Below are positions 42,403-49,855 of a stretch of DNA of 64,000 nt, piece after piece. The DNA comes from Gemmatimonadales bacterium. GTDB taxonomy: Bacteria > Gemmatimonadota > Gemmatimonadetes > Gemmatimonadales > GWC2-71-9. The stretch is taken from the NCBI GenBank assembly GCA_037189525.1, contig JBBCJC010000002.1, positions 1,152,001-1,216,000 on the forward strand. The letters are read 5' to 3'. The notes beneath the pieces were generated by a model. It searched no databases. It was not told where the DNA came from and saw nothing but the letters and a program-made list of their open reading frames with translations. Each line of letters starts with the position of its first letter. The first letter of the stretch is position 1. The position numbers and the translations under genes are program-made.

Positions 42403-43701
42403 ATGACCGGATTTCTGCAGCGGTTTTTCAACGTCCGTCGGGGCGAAGTCGCGCCCATTCTGGCGGCAGCCTTCTATTTCTTCTGCGTGCTGACGGCGCT
42501 GATGCTGTTGCGCCCGGCGCGCGATGCACTCGGCATGCAGCGCGGCATGGACGCGATCCGCTGGCTCTTCATCGGGACGGCGGTGGTCACCTTCTTTGTG
42601 ACGCCGGCGTTCGGCTTCTTGGTCAGCCGGTTCCGCCGCCTGGTCTTCGTCGGACTCACCTACGGCTTCTTTGCGTTGAGCCTGGTGGCGTTCTATCTGC
42701 TCATCACGCTGACCCCGCAAGCCGTCGGCGAGCGCTCGGGCCAGGTCTTCTACGTCTGGTTCAGCGTCTTCAATCTGTTTGCGACGATGGTGTTCTGGGC
42801 GCTGATGGCCGATCGCTTCTCGCTCGAGCAGAGCAAGCGAATCTTCGGTGTAATCGCGGTCGGCGGTACGCTCGGGGCCATCTTCGGTCCCTGGCTCGCG
42901 AGCGTGCTGGCCAAGCCGCTCGGCACGCCGGCATTGTTGCTCGTTTCGGCCGGGTTCCTGATTCTGGCGATCGTGGCCGCGGGCATCGTGGCGCGTCTCA
43001 AGCCTGAGGCGGCGCCGGGTGAACGCTCGGCGCCGGCGGTGGAAGAGCAGGCGGTCATCGGCGGCAAGGCGTGGGAGGGCGTGCGGGCCGTCTTCCGCTC
43101 GAAGTATCTGCTCGGTATTTCCGCGTTCGTCCTGCTGATGACGATCCTGGGCACCTTCATCTATGTGACCCGGCTCCAGATGGTCGCGGCAATGGGGACG
43201 GATCTGGATACCCGGACGGGGTTGTTCGCGCAGCTCGACCTGCTCACCCAGGTGACCACGCTGGTGCTTCAGGCGGTCGTCGCTGGCCATCTGATGAAGC
43301 GGCTGGGCGTGGCCGCGGCGCTCGCGCTTCTCCCGTTTGTCGTTGCGTTAGGCTTCATCGGGCTGGCCATCGTGGGCTCGCTCGCGGCCATCGCGATCTT
43401 CGACGCCATCTTCAAGGCGCTCCAGCGGGCCGTTGCCCGTCCCGGCCGTGAGACCCTGTTCACGGTGGTGACGCGCGAGGAGAAGTACAAGTCGAAGGCC
43501 TTCACCGACACCTTCGTCTACCGCGGCGGCGACGTGATCGGCGCCTGGACCGAGAGCTTCCTCGGCAAGCTGGGCATGGGGCTGGCCGGTCTGGCGTCGG
43601 TGGCGGTGCCGCTGGCGCTGGTGTGGGGCGGTCTGGCGCTCTGGCTCGGGCGTCGGCAGGGTCAGCTGGCCGGCGAGCGGTCCGACTCGGTCGGAGTGTA
43701 G
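42403..43701 (+). CDS. NTP/NDP exchange (NTT/TLC-like) MFS transporter
   Basis: LLRPARDALG, FYVWFSVFNLF..FWALMAD.F..EQSKRIFG, RPGRETLFTVV.REEKYKSK.F.DT.VYRGGD. Confidence 0.85.
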   Translation: MTGFLQRFFNVRRGEVAPILAAAFYFFCVLTALMLLRPARDALGMQRGMDAIRWLFIGTAVVTFFVTPAFGFLVSRFRRLVFVGLTYGFFALSLVAFYLLITLTPQAVGERSGQVFYVWFSVFNLFATMVFWALMADRFSLEQSKRIFGVIAVGGTLGAIFGPWLASVLAKPLGTPALLLVSAGFLILAIVAAGIVARLKPEAAPGERSAPAVEEQAVIGGKAWEGVRAVFRSKYLLGISAFVLLMTILGTFIYVTRLQMVAAMGTDLDTRTGLFAQLDLLTQVTTLVLQAVVAGHLMKRLGVAAALALLPFVVALGFIGLAIVGSLAAIAIFDAIFKALQRAVARPGRETLFTVVTREEKYKSKAFTDTFVYRGGDVIGAWTESFLGKLGMGLAGLASVAVPLALVWGGLALWLGRRQGQLAGERSDSVGV

Positions 43702-43740
43702 GTCCTTTCCGGGCTTCTGGGGTTCGGGTACAATGATGGG

Positions 43741-44289
43741 ATGGCCACCTCATCCGATCCTGTCCCGAACCCCGCGTTCGGTCCGATTGCCGCCGGGGCC
43801 GACATCGGCCACGTCCATCTCAAAGTTGCCGATCTGGACCGGGCACTCGGCTTCTATGTCGAGGTGCTCGGCTTCGAGCTGACCCAGCGCTACGGCAGCC
43901 AGGCAGCCTTCGTTTCCGCGGGCGGTTACCATCATCATATCGGTCTCAATACCTGGGAAAGCCGAGGCGGGTCGCCGCCGGCTGCGGGTACGACCGGGTT
44001 GTTTCATGTCGCGATTCGGTACCCGACGCGCGCGGCGCTGGCCGATGCGCTGCGGCGTCTCGTCGCGGCGCACATCCCGCTTGACGGCGCGAGTGATCAC
44101 GGCGTGAGTGAGGCGCTCTACCTCAGGGATCCCGATCAGAACGGGATCGAGTTGTACTGGGACCGGCCGCGGGAGGCATGGCCGCGCGGTCCGGACGGGG
44201 CGTTAGGCATGGTGACGCTGCCGCTCGACCTGGGCGACCTCCTGGCGGAACCAGCGCCGGCCGTTCCCGACGCGTCAAGGAAAGGGTAA
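43741..44289 (+). CDS. VOC/glyoxalase family protein (CatE-like)
   Basis: IGHVHLKVADL, GGYHHHIGLNTW, DHGVSEALYLRDPDQNGIELY. Confidence 0.92.
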   Translation: MATSSDPVPNPAFGPIAAGADIGHVHLKVADLDRALGFYVEVLGFELTQRYGSQAAFVSAGGYHHHIGLNTWESRGGSPPAAGTTGLFHVAIRYPTRAALADALRRLVAAHIPLDGASDHGVSEALYLRDPDQNGIELYWDRPREAWPRGPDGALGMVTLPLDLGDLLAEPAPAVPDASRKG

Positions 44290-44296
44290 TCACCCC

Positions 44297-44749
44297 ATGG
44301 TGCTGCTCGGGATCGTGTTTGCGCTGTTGCTCGGCATCGGTCTCTCGATACAGACCGGGGTCAACACGTCGCTCCGGACCGCGCTGGGCAGTCCGCTCCA
44401 TGCGACGGTGGTCAACTTCCTGGTGGGTACGGCGCTGGTCCTCGTGGTGGCCGGGGTCGCGGTGCTGACCGGCACCAGGGCGCCGGCGCTTGCCACGCTG
44501 GGCCGGACGCCCGGCTGGATGTTTGCCGGCGGCATCATCGGCGCGGTGTACGTGCTCGGCATGATCGTGCTCGCGCCCAAACTGGGTGCGGCCACGCTGA
44601 TGGCGCTGGTAATCACCGGCCAGCTGCTGGCCGCGCTGGTGCTCGATCACTACGGCTGGCTCGGCTTCTCGGTGCAGACGATCACGCCGACGCGGATCAT
44701 GGGCGCCGTTCTGCTGGTGCTGGGCGTGATCCTGGTCCGGCGAGGCTGA
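44297..44749 (+). CDS. DMT family transporter (YdcZ/DUF606-like)
   Basis: QTGVNTSL, WMFAGGIIGA, PKLGAA, GQLLAALVLDHYGW. Confidence 0.9.
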   Translation: MVLLGIVFALLLGIGLSIQTGVNTSLRTALGSPLHATVVNFLVGTALVLVVAGVAVLTGTRAPALATLGRTPGWMFAGGIIGAVYVLGMIVLAPKLGAATLMALVITGQLLAALVLDHYGWLGFSVQTITPTRIMGAVLLVLGVILVRRG

Positions 44750-44757
44750 CGAAAGCA

Positions 44758-44794
44758 CAATCGCCACGGATGCGTTCTCCGTGGCGATTGGTTT
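44758..44794. terminator. Bidirectional terminator between the DMT gene and rtcB
   Basis: CAATCGCCACGGA-N7-TCCGTGGCGATTG 13-bp perfect stem. Confidence 0.8.
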
Positions 44795-44816
44795 GTGTTG
44801 ACTGATCCTGTGAGGG

Positions 44817-46034
44817 TCAGTCCTTGTAGGGGTCGAACTCGTCCGCGCCGGCCATCACGACGATCAACGGCCGGAGTGTATGCAGCACCTCGATGGTCTC
44901 ACCCTGCGCAGCGAGCACTTCGGGCAGGCGCCGGTAGGCGTGCGGGCTCTCGTCCAGCCCACCCCCTCGCAGGATCACCCCTTTCTCGCGCACCCAGCCG
45001 TGCATCATCGACGGCGTTACCAGTCCGGGGCGGAGCACCTTGCCGCTCCGATTGCGCTTCCCGGCCGCCTGGGTCCGTGACATCACGCGACCGGCACCAT
45101 GGACGGTCGAGAAGAGCGCCGCGGCCTGCACCGCCTGCACCTGCTCGTCGTCGGTGGTCCGTCCGCGCACGATCACGGCGTCGTCGCCCATCGAGCCGCC
45201 GATGAAGCCGGTCTGGTCCGGAAACGCCGGGGTTGCGCCCTTCCGGATCACCACCAGCGACCGGCCGCCATGCTCCTCGCGCCAGGCGAAGTTGTGGTGG
45301 TTGTGGACCAACTCCACTTCCTGCCCACCGAGCAAGGACATCACCTTGCGCGCCACCCATTCCCGTCCGGCATAGGCGTACCGGCCTGCCAGGGTCATCA
45401 GGGTCCAGTAGTCGTGGCCGATCGGGCTCGACAGGTCGAGCAGGACCTCCCGTTCGGGAACGCGTGCGCCCCAGGCCTCGTTCTGCCCCAGCGCCAGGAA
45501 CCCCGACGCCACGGTATGACCGAAGCCTCGGCTGCCGAAGTGGACTCCGACCCAGAGGACACCGCTTTCATCGGCAAAGACGTCGACGTAGTGGTTCCCG
45601 CTGCCCACCGTGCCGAGCTGGCGACGGGCCTTGGCGCGCAGAGCGTCACGATGGGCGGCGGGGACGGCCTCCCATCCTTCGTCCTCGAAGAGCGGATGGT
45701 CGACCGGCGCATCGTCCGCCTGGTTTTTGCGGCCGACTCCGAAGCTCACCGCATTCGCGATGGCGTCGGCCAGCGCAGCAAGCGCTGCCGGCCGGCGCGC
45801 CGGGTCCGGTTCGAAATCCTCGAGACGGCGATCGGTCCGGATTGCGGCGTTGCCGCAGGCGATGTCGAACCCGACGCCGACCACGGACACCTGGTCGTCG
45901 TAGGCCGCGACCCCGCCGATCGGCATCACGTAGCCGACGTGCCCGTCGGCCATCAGCGCCACGCGCTCCGCGCGGGAGGCGACATCCGCGATCTGCGCCA
46001 GCGTCTTGTCGTCGTGCGCACCGAAAATCTGCAT
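44817..46034 (-). CDS. rtcB: RNA 2',3'-cyclic phosphate/5'-OH ligase
   Basis: MADGHVGY..PIGG, DIACG, GSGNHY, HFGSRG, HNHHNF, RKGATPA, HGAGRVMSR, DESPHAY; GGAGG SD 7 nt before ATG 46034. Confidence 0.96.
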   Translation of the reverse strand: MQIFGAHDDKTLAQIADVASRAERVALMADGHVGYVMPIGGVAAYDDQVSVVGVGFDIACGNAAIRTDRRLEDFEPDPARRPAALAALADAIANAVSFGVGRKNQADDAPVDHPLFEDEGWEAVPAAHRDALRAKARRQLGTVGSGNHYVDVFADESGVLWVGVHFGSRGFGHTVASGFLALGQNEAWGARVPEREVLLDLSSPIGHDYWTLMTLAGRYAYAGREWVARKVMSLLGGQEVELVHNHHNFAWREEHGGRSLVVIRKGATPAFPDQTGFIGGSMGDDAVIVRGRTTDDEQVQAVQAAALFSTVHGAGRVMSRTQAAGKRNRSGKVLRPGLVTPSMMHGWVREKGVILRGGGLDESPHAYRRLPEVLAAQGETIEVLHTLRPLIVVMAGADEFDPYKD

Positions 46035-46036
46035 CG

Positions 46037-46201
46037 TCAGACCTCCGCCAATGCGGTGGCGGCGGGGGAGGTGGGCTCCCCCGCGGTCCGGTTGTCGCCA
46101 TCGCCGGATTCCCGTACCGGTGCCGGTGCGGAATTCCCAACCGTCGGGGCCGGGCTCGGGATCAGCCGGCGGGACGGGAGATAGATGGTTGGCTTCAACA
46201 T
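46037..46201 (-). CDS. Possible 54-aa ORF coupled to rtcB
   Basis: MLKPTIYLPSRRLIPSPAP...ATALAEV; stop 2 nt before the rtcB ATG; low complexity, weak SD. Confidence 0.3.
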   Translation of the reverse strand: MLKPTIYLPSRRLIPSPAPTVGNSAPAPVRESGDGDNRTAGEPTSPAATALAEV

Positions 46202-46274
46202 GATGCACTCACTTCCTGGTTCATTCGGGCGTCGGTGCGCAGCAGGCGCTTCGTGCTTCCGACGTTTCGGTCGA

Positions 46275-46607
46275 TCAGAGATCGAGCCGCTCGTCGCCGT
46301 CGCCGTCGTCGCCCCGCGCCCGTTGTTCATCTCGCAAACGCTTCCAGCGGGCGTGGCTGTCGGCGCGTTGTGCTTCCGTGCTCTGGCTGATCGACCAGAT
46401 GGCCCGTGCTCGGACCCGGATCCGGGCGCCCGAGAGATCGACGAAGGTGATCCAGTCGACCGGCGGGGTGGCATCGAGCTGCGCCTCGATGTGCCGCGCC
46501 ATGGCCGTGCTCACCAACCAGCTCGGTCCCCGGGTTTCCACTTCGAAGTGGTCCAGGTCGGACGATTCGGATACTTCGTGGTCGATCTTCTCGTTGGACT
46601 CGCTCAT
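46275..46607 (-). CDS. Hypothetical 110-aa protein, first gene of the rtcB operon
   Basis: AGGAGG SD 7 nt upstream of the ATG; good codon usage; charged C-terminal helix. Confidence 0.8.
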   Translation of the reverse strand: MSESNEKIDHEVSESSDLDHFEVETRGPSWLVSTAMARHIEAQLDATPPVDWITFVDLSGARIRVRARAIWSISQSTEAQRADSHARWKRLRDEQRARGDDGDGDERLDL

Positions 46608-46624
46608 CGAGTCTCCTCCTCCGC

Positions 46625-46666
46625 AAAAACGAAACGCCCCACCTCGATCGGGATGCGAGGTGGGGC
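46625..46666 (-). terminator. Leader (attenuator) intrinsic terminator
   Basis: Minus strand GCCCCACCTCG-N9-CGAGGTGGGGC-GTTTCGTTTTT, ending 4 nt before the SD of the downstream gene. Confidence 0.85.
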
Positions 46667-46694
46667 ATCGAACACAGCGTCGCGTATCGCAATG

Positions 46695-46790
46695 CTAACT
46701 GTGACGAAGCCTCCACCGGGATTCCAAACGCGCCAAGCTGCCCGATGTCCGGGTCTGGCGAGCGCCTGGGTTGAAGTCGTATCTCGGCAT
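46695..46790 (-). CDS. Putative attenuator leader peptide (31 aa; in-frame alternative starts GTG 46805 and ATG 46847)
   Basis: MPRYDFNPGARQTRTSGSLARLESRWRLRHS; lies between promoter and terminator, with its last codons forming the antiterminator strand. Confidence 0.55.
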   Translation of the reverse strand: MPRYDFNPGARQTRTSGSLARLESRWRLRHS

Positions 46791-46863
46791 GGTGATCTGC
46801 GTCACAAAAGTCAGTCCCGTCGATCCGCGCGCCCGACCGTCGGGCATGTGTTACGGGAGGCAC

Positions 46864-46892
46864 ACGATACGAACGGACTCCGGTTTTGTCAA
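46864..46892 (-). promoter_or_regulatory. Sigma70 promoter for the rtcB leader
   Basis: Minus strand TTGACA-17 nt-TATCGT. Confidence 0.8.
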
Positions 46893-47026
46893 CGGGCGCC
46901 ACCGGGGCATCTGGCCGCCTTCTTGCCGGTGGAAGGGTGCGCTGCAGGTGCGCGCCGGACGGGGTGGGCCTTTATCTTCCGGCGGGGGGAATGGCGGGTC
47001 ATCGAAACAGTCAGAGGGGAGAGTCC

Positions 47027-47629
47027 ATGGGGGCGAGCAAGAACCGATCGGTGCGGGCCAGTCTCGCGGTCGTGATCGGACTGGTCATGGCGGCGCCGGC
47101 CGCCGCGCAGAACAAGGGAATCGAGCTGAATGGATTTGCCGGGCTTTATGCGCCGATGGACGAAAACGGCCTCGAAGGCACCCGTGAAGCGGTGCGGCGT
47201 GGCTCGCTCGCCTTTGGCGGACGTCTCGGCTACTGGTCCGGCGGTCTCCTCGGTGTCGAGGCCGTCGGCGCCTTCTCCCAGGCGCGGATGCGGGTGACCC
47301 TCAATTCCGGGTCGCAGTTTGCGCGGGGGACGTATTTCGGCGCGGGTGGCGGCAAGCTCATGCTCAATCTGACGCCGAAGAGCACGCTCCTGGGTCTGGC
47401 CATCGGGGGTGGCCCGGCGTTGGTGATGTTCGGCAAGTCGGTGAGGGATTCCGACGAAAAGGACTCGTTCATGGGCGGTGTGGCTGGCGCGACGCTGCGT
47501 CTCAATGTCGGCCAGAATGTGGCGCTCCGCGGCGACGTGGAGGATTTCCTGTACAGCGCCGATTTCGGGCTGGGCAAGAAGCTGCGCCATGATCTCCTGC
47601 TGAGCGGCGGTATTTCGATTCAGTTCTAG
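47027..47629 (+). CDS. Outer-membrane beta-barrel protein (8-strand type)
   Basis: Signal peptide AAA|Q, amphipathic strands, C-terminal GISIQF. Confidence 0.8.
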   Translation: MGASKNRSVRASLAVVIGLVMAAPAAAQNKGIELNGFAGLYAPMDENGLEGTREAVRRGSLAFGGRLGYWSGGLLGVEAVGAFSQARMRVTLNSGSQFARGTYFGAGGGKLMLNLTPKSTLLGLAIGGGPALVMFGKSVRDSDEKDSFMGGVAGATLRLNVGQNVALRGDVEDFLYSADFGLGKKLRHDLLLSGGISIQF

Positions 47630-47638
47630 GCTGGTACG

Positions 47639-47666
47639 GGGCGGGTTCCTTGTGAGCCCGCCCTTT
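47639..47666 (+). terminator. Intrinsic terminator
   Basis: GGGCGGGTTC-CTTGT-GAGCCCGCCC-TTT. Confidence 0.7.
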
Positions 47667-47786
47667 CATTGTGTCTGATCATCATATTGGTCTCGGTTTA
47701 GGGTGGGGGATATTGCCCTCCCGCCTGGTGTCAGAGGCTGTCGCGCCGTAGTTGTGTGCTTCGAAGTCAATCCGTAGCTTGAACGG

Positions 47787-48653
47787 ATGCGACGGATCAC
47801 GCTTTTTCTCTCCGCGGCGGTCCTGGCGGCATGTGGGCCGGCACCGGACGCAGCACCCCCCGTCGTCGAGACGCCCGCCTACCGGATTCCGACCGACGCC
47901 GAGATTCCCGATGGTCCGGTCGGCGTATCGATCCGGCGGGGCCGAGCCCTCCTGGCGGCGACCCGTGACAGCCTGCCCGACAACGTCGGGAACCGTCTCA
48001 ACTGCACCAGTTGTCATCTCGAGAACGGGACGCTGGCCCACGCGGCGCCGTGGATCGGGATCTACAGCCGGTTTCCCCAGTATCGATCCCGGAATGCCAA
48101 GGTCAACCTGATCGAAGACCGGATCAACGACTGTTTCGAACGCAGCATGGTGGGTAAGGGGCTGGCGCGTGACAGTCGGGATATGACCGACATCATCGCC
48201 TACATGGCCTTTCTGTCGCGCGGGGTGGCTCCGCCTGGCGACGTGCCGGGGCAAGGCTTCCGGCAACTGGAGCCGCTGGCGCCGGATACCGTTCGGGGCC
48301 GGTTGCTGTATGTCCAGCAGTGCGTCCGCTGTCACGGGGCCAACGGTGAGGGCATGACCAATCCGCATCCCGACAGCTTCCCGGCGTACTATCCGCCGGT
48401 CTGGGGAGACGAGTCCTATTCGATCGGCGCGGGCATGGCGCGGCTTCGGACTGCCGCCGCGTTCATTCGGGCCAACATGCCGTTCGATGCCAAGGGAACG
48501 CTGACCGATCAGCAGGCATTCGACATCGCCGGGTACATCGTATCCCGGTCGCGGCCGGATTTCGCCCGAAAGGCCGAGGACTGGCCCAAAGGAGACCCGC
48601 CGCCGGATGTGGCATATTCGACCAAGGCCGGCAGGGCGCCGACCGGTCGTTGA
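47787..48653 (+). CDS. tsdA: Diheme c-type cytochrome lipoprotein, thiosulfate dehydrogenase-like
   Basis: Lipobox LAAC; CTSCH and CVRCH; EDRINDCFERSM catalytic-Cys motif; PPVWG.ESYSIGAGMARL..AAAFI.ANMP. Confidence 0.8.
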   Translation: MRRITLFLSAAVLAACGPAPDAAPPVVETPAYRIPTDAEIPDGPVGVSIRRGRALLAATRDSLPDNVGNRLNCTSCHLENGTLAHAAPWIGIYSRFPQYRSRNAKVNLIEDRINDCFERSMVGKGLARDSRDMTDIIAYMAFLSRGVAPPGDVPGQGFRQLEPLAPDTVRGRLLYVQQCVRCHGANGEGMTNPHPDSFPAYYPPVWGDESYSIGAGMARLRTAAAFIRANMPFDAKGTLTDQQAFDIAGYIVSRSRPDFARKAEDWPKGDPPPDVAYSTKAGRAPTGR

Positions 48654-48681
48654 GACGCGCCAAGGCGCGAAGGAGGAGCGG

Positions 48682-49341
48682 ATGCTGTTCGAACGGATCA
48701 AGCGGCGAGGGTTTTTGGCGGGTCTGGGCACACTCGCGGCGGGAGCGGTCGCGGCCGACCCGATCGCTGCCCAGCAGCCCAAGGTGCACGAGGCGGATCG
48801 CTGGGTGCTTGGCGTCAAAGGCAGCCATCGGCAGCTCTTCGATTTCAATGCGCATGGCGGTGGGCTGCCGCTGATCCACATGCACAATTTCATCGAGACC
48901 CTCAAGTCGGCGTATCAGGTGCCGGGGTCCGACATCAACGTCGTCGGCACCTTCTACGGAGGGTCGACGCCGCTGGCTTGGAACGATGCGATGTGGGCCA
49001 AGTACAACGTCGGAAGCGCCCTCGGGATCGAAGACCCGGCAACCAAGCAGCCGTTGACCCGGAACTGGTTCAGTCGCCCGGCGGAGGGAGATCCGGTCTT
49101 CATGAACGGGGCGTTCAAGGATGCTTCGATTGTGAGCCTGCAGAGTCGCGGGGCCATCTTCCTGCTCTGCAACAACGCGTTGCGCACCTGGGTCAACCGA
49201 TTGGCGGGCAGCGGCGGGAATGCCGCCGCGATCGATCAGGAGTTGCGCGCCAACCTGCTGCCCGGTGTGATCGTGGTGCCGGCGATGGTCGTTGCCGTCG
49301 AGGTGGCGCACCGGCACGGGTTGGCCTACTCGCGGACCTGA
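48682..49341 (+). CDS. Tat-exported DsrE-like protein
   Basis: KRRGFL twin-arginine signal; GAIFLLCNNAL single Cys; C-terminal GVIVVPAMV...GLAY; AGGAGG SD. Confidence 0.7.
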   Translation: MLFERIKRRGFLAGLGTLAAGAVAADPIAAQQPKVHEADRWVLGVKGSHRQLFDFNAHGGGLPLIHMHNFIETLKSAYQVPGSDINVVGTFYGGSTPLAWNDAMWAKYNVGSALGIEDPATKQPLTRNWFSRPAEGDPVFMNGAFKDASIVSLQSRGAIFLLCNNALRTWVNRLAGSGGNAAAIDQELRANLLPGVIVVPAMVVAVEVAHRHGLAYSRT

Positions 49342-49354
49342 CGCGCGTTCGGGG

Positions 49355-49786
49355 TCAGTCTCGGCCCTTCCAGCGCTCGATGGCGCGCCGCTGTTTCTTG
49401 GTTGGCCGACCGGCTCCGTCGTAGTAGATGGGATTCTGCAGGCGGAGCCGGTCCGCCGTCGCTTGGCGCGCGGCCAGGCTCTCCGGGGTTTCGAGGTACA
49501 GGGTCGCCGCTACGCTGGCCGATCCGCGCCGTTCGGCGAGACCGGTGACCTGGAGTTCATGGCGATAGGGGCCGTTCCGGAGACTGATCCGGTCGCCGAC
49601 GCGCACCAGCTTGCTGCGCTTGGCCGCGGAGTCGTTGAGGTCGACCTTGCCCCCGTCGATGGCTTCGGCGGCCAGGCTCCTGGTTTTGTAGAACCGGGCG
49701 GCCCAGAGCCAGAGGTCGAGCCGAACGCCACCGGGTGACGCTGGTTCTCCCCGGTCCGGTGTGTCGATCCTCGGTCGTTTCGTCAC
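49355..49786 (-). CDS. hslR: Ribosome-associated heat shock protein Hsp15 (S4 domain)
   Basis: VRLDLWLWAARFYKTRSLA, RRGSASVAATLY.ET.ES, GRPTKKQRR; start uncertain. Confidence 0.92.
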   Translation of the reverse strand: MTKRPRIDTPDRGEPASPGGVRLDLWLWAARFYKTRSLAAEAIDGGKVDLNDSAAKRSKLVRVGDRISLRNGPYRHELQVTGLAERRGSASVAATLYLETPESLAARQATADRLRLQNPIYYDGAGRPTKKQRRAIERWKGRD

Positions 49787-49855
49787 CTTGCTACCTCGTG
49801 CCCGCCCTGGCGTTCCTATTAACTTAGCGGGTTGCCACTCAATCCGAACGCGGAT

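Noticed and set aside
46698..46718. RWRLR at the uORF end as a macrolide (+X+) arrest motif
   Set aside because: These codons are the antiterminator strand itself, so stalling here would mask it and favour termination; the peptide is more simply explained by RNA pairing constraints.
46695..46860. rtcB leader as a tRNA or Y RNA (GAATCCCGGTGGAGGC resembles a T-arm/acceptor end)
   Set aside because: No GTTC T-loop, D-arm, anticodon arm or CCA, and no Ro60 gene in the window; the attenuator model explains the pairings better. An Infernal search would settle it.
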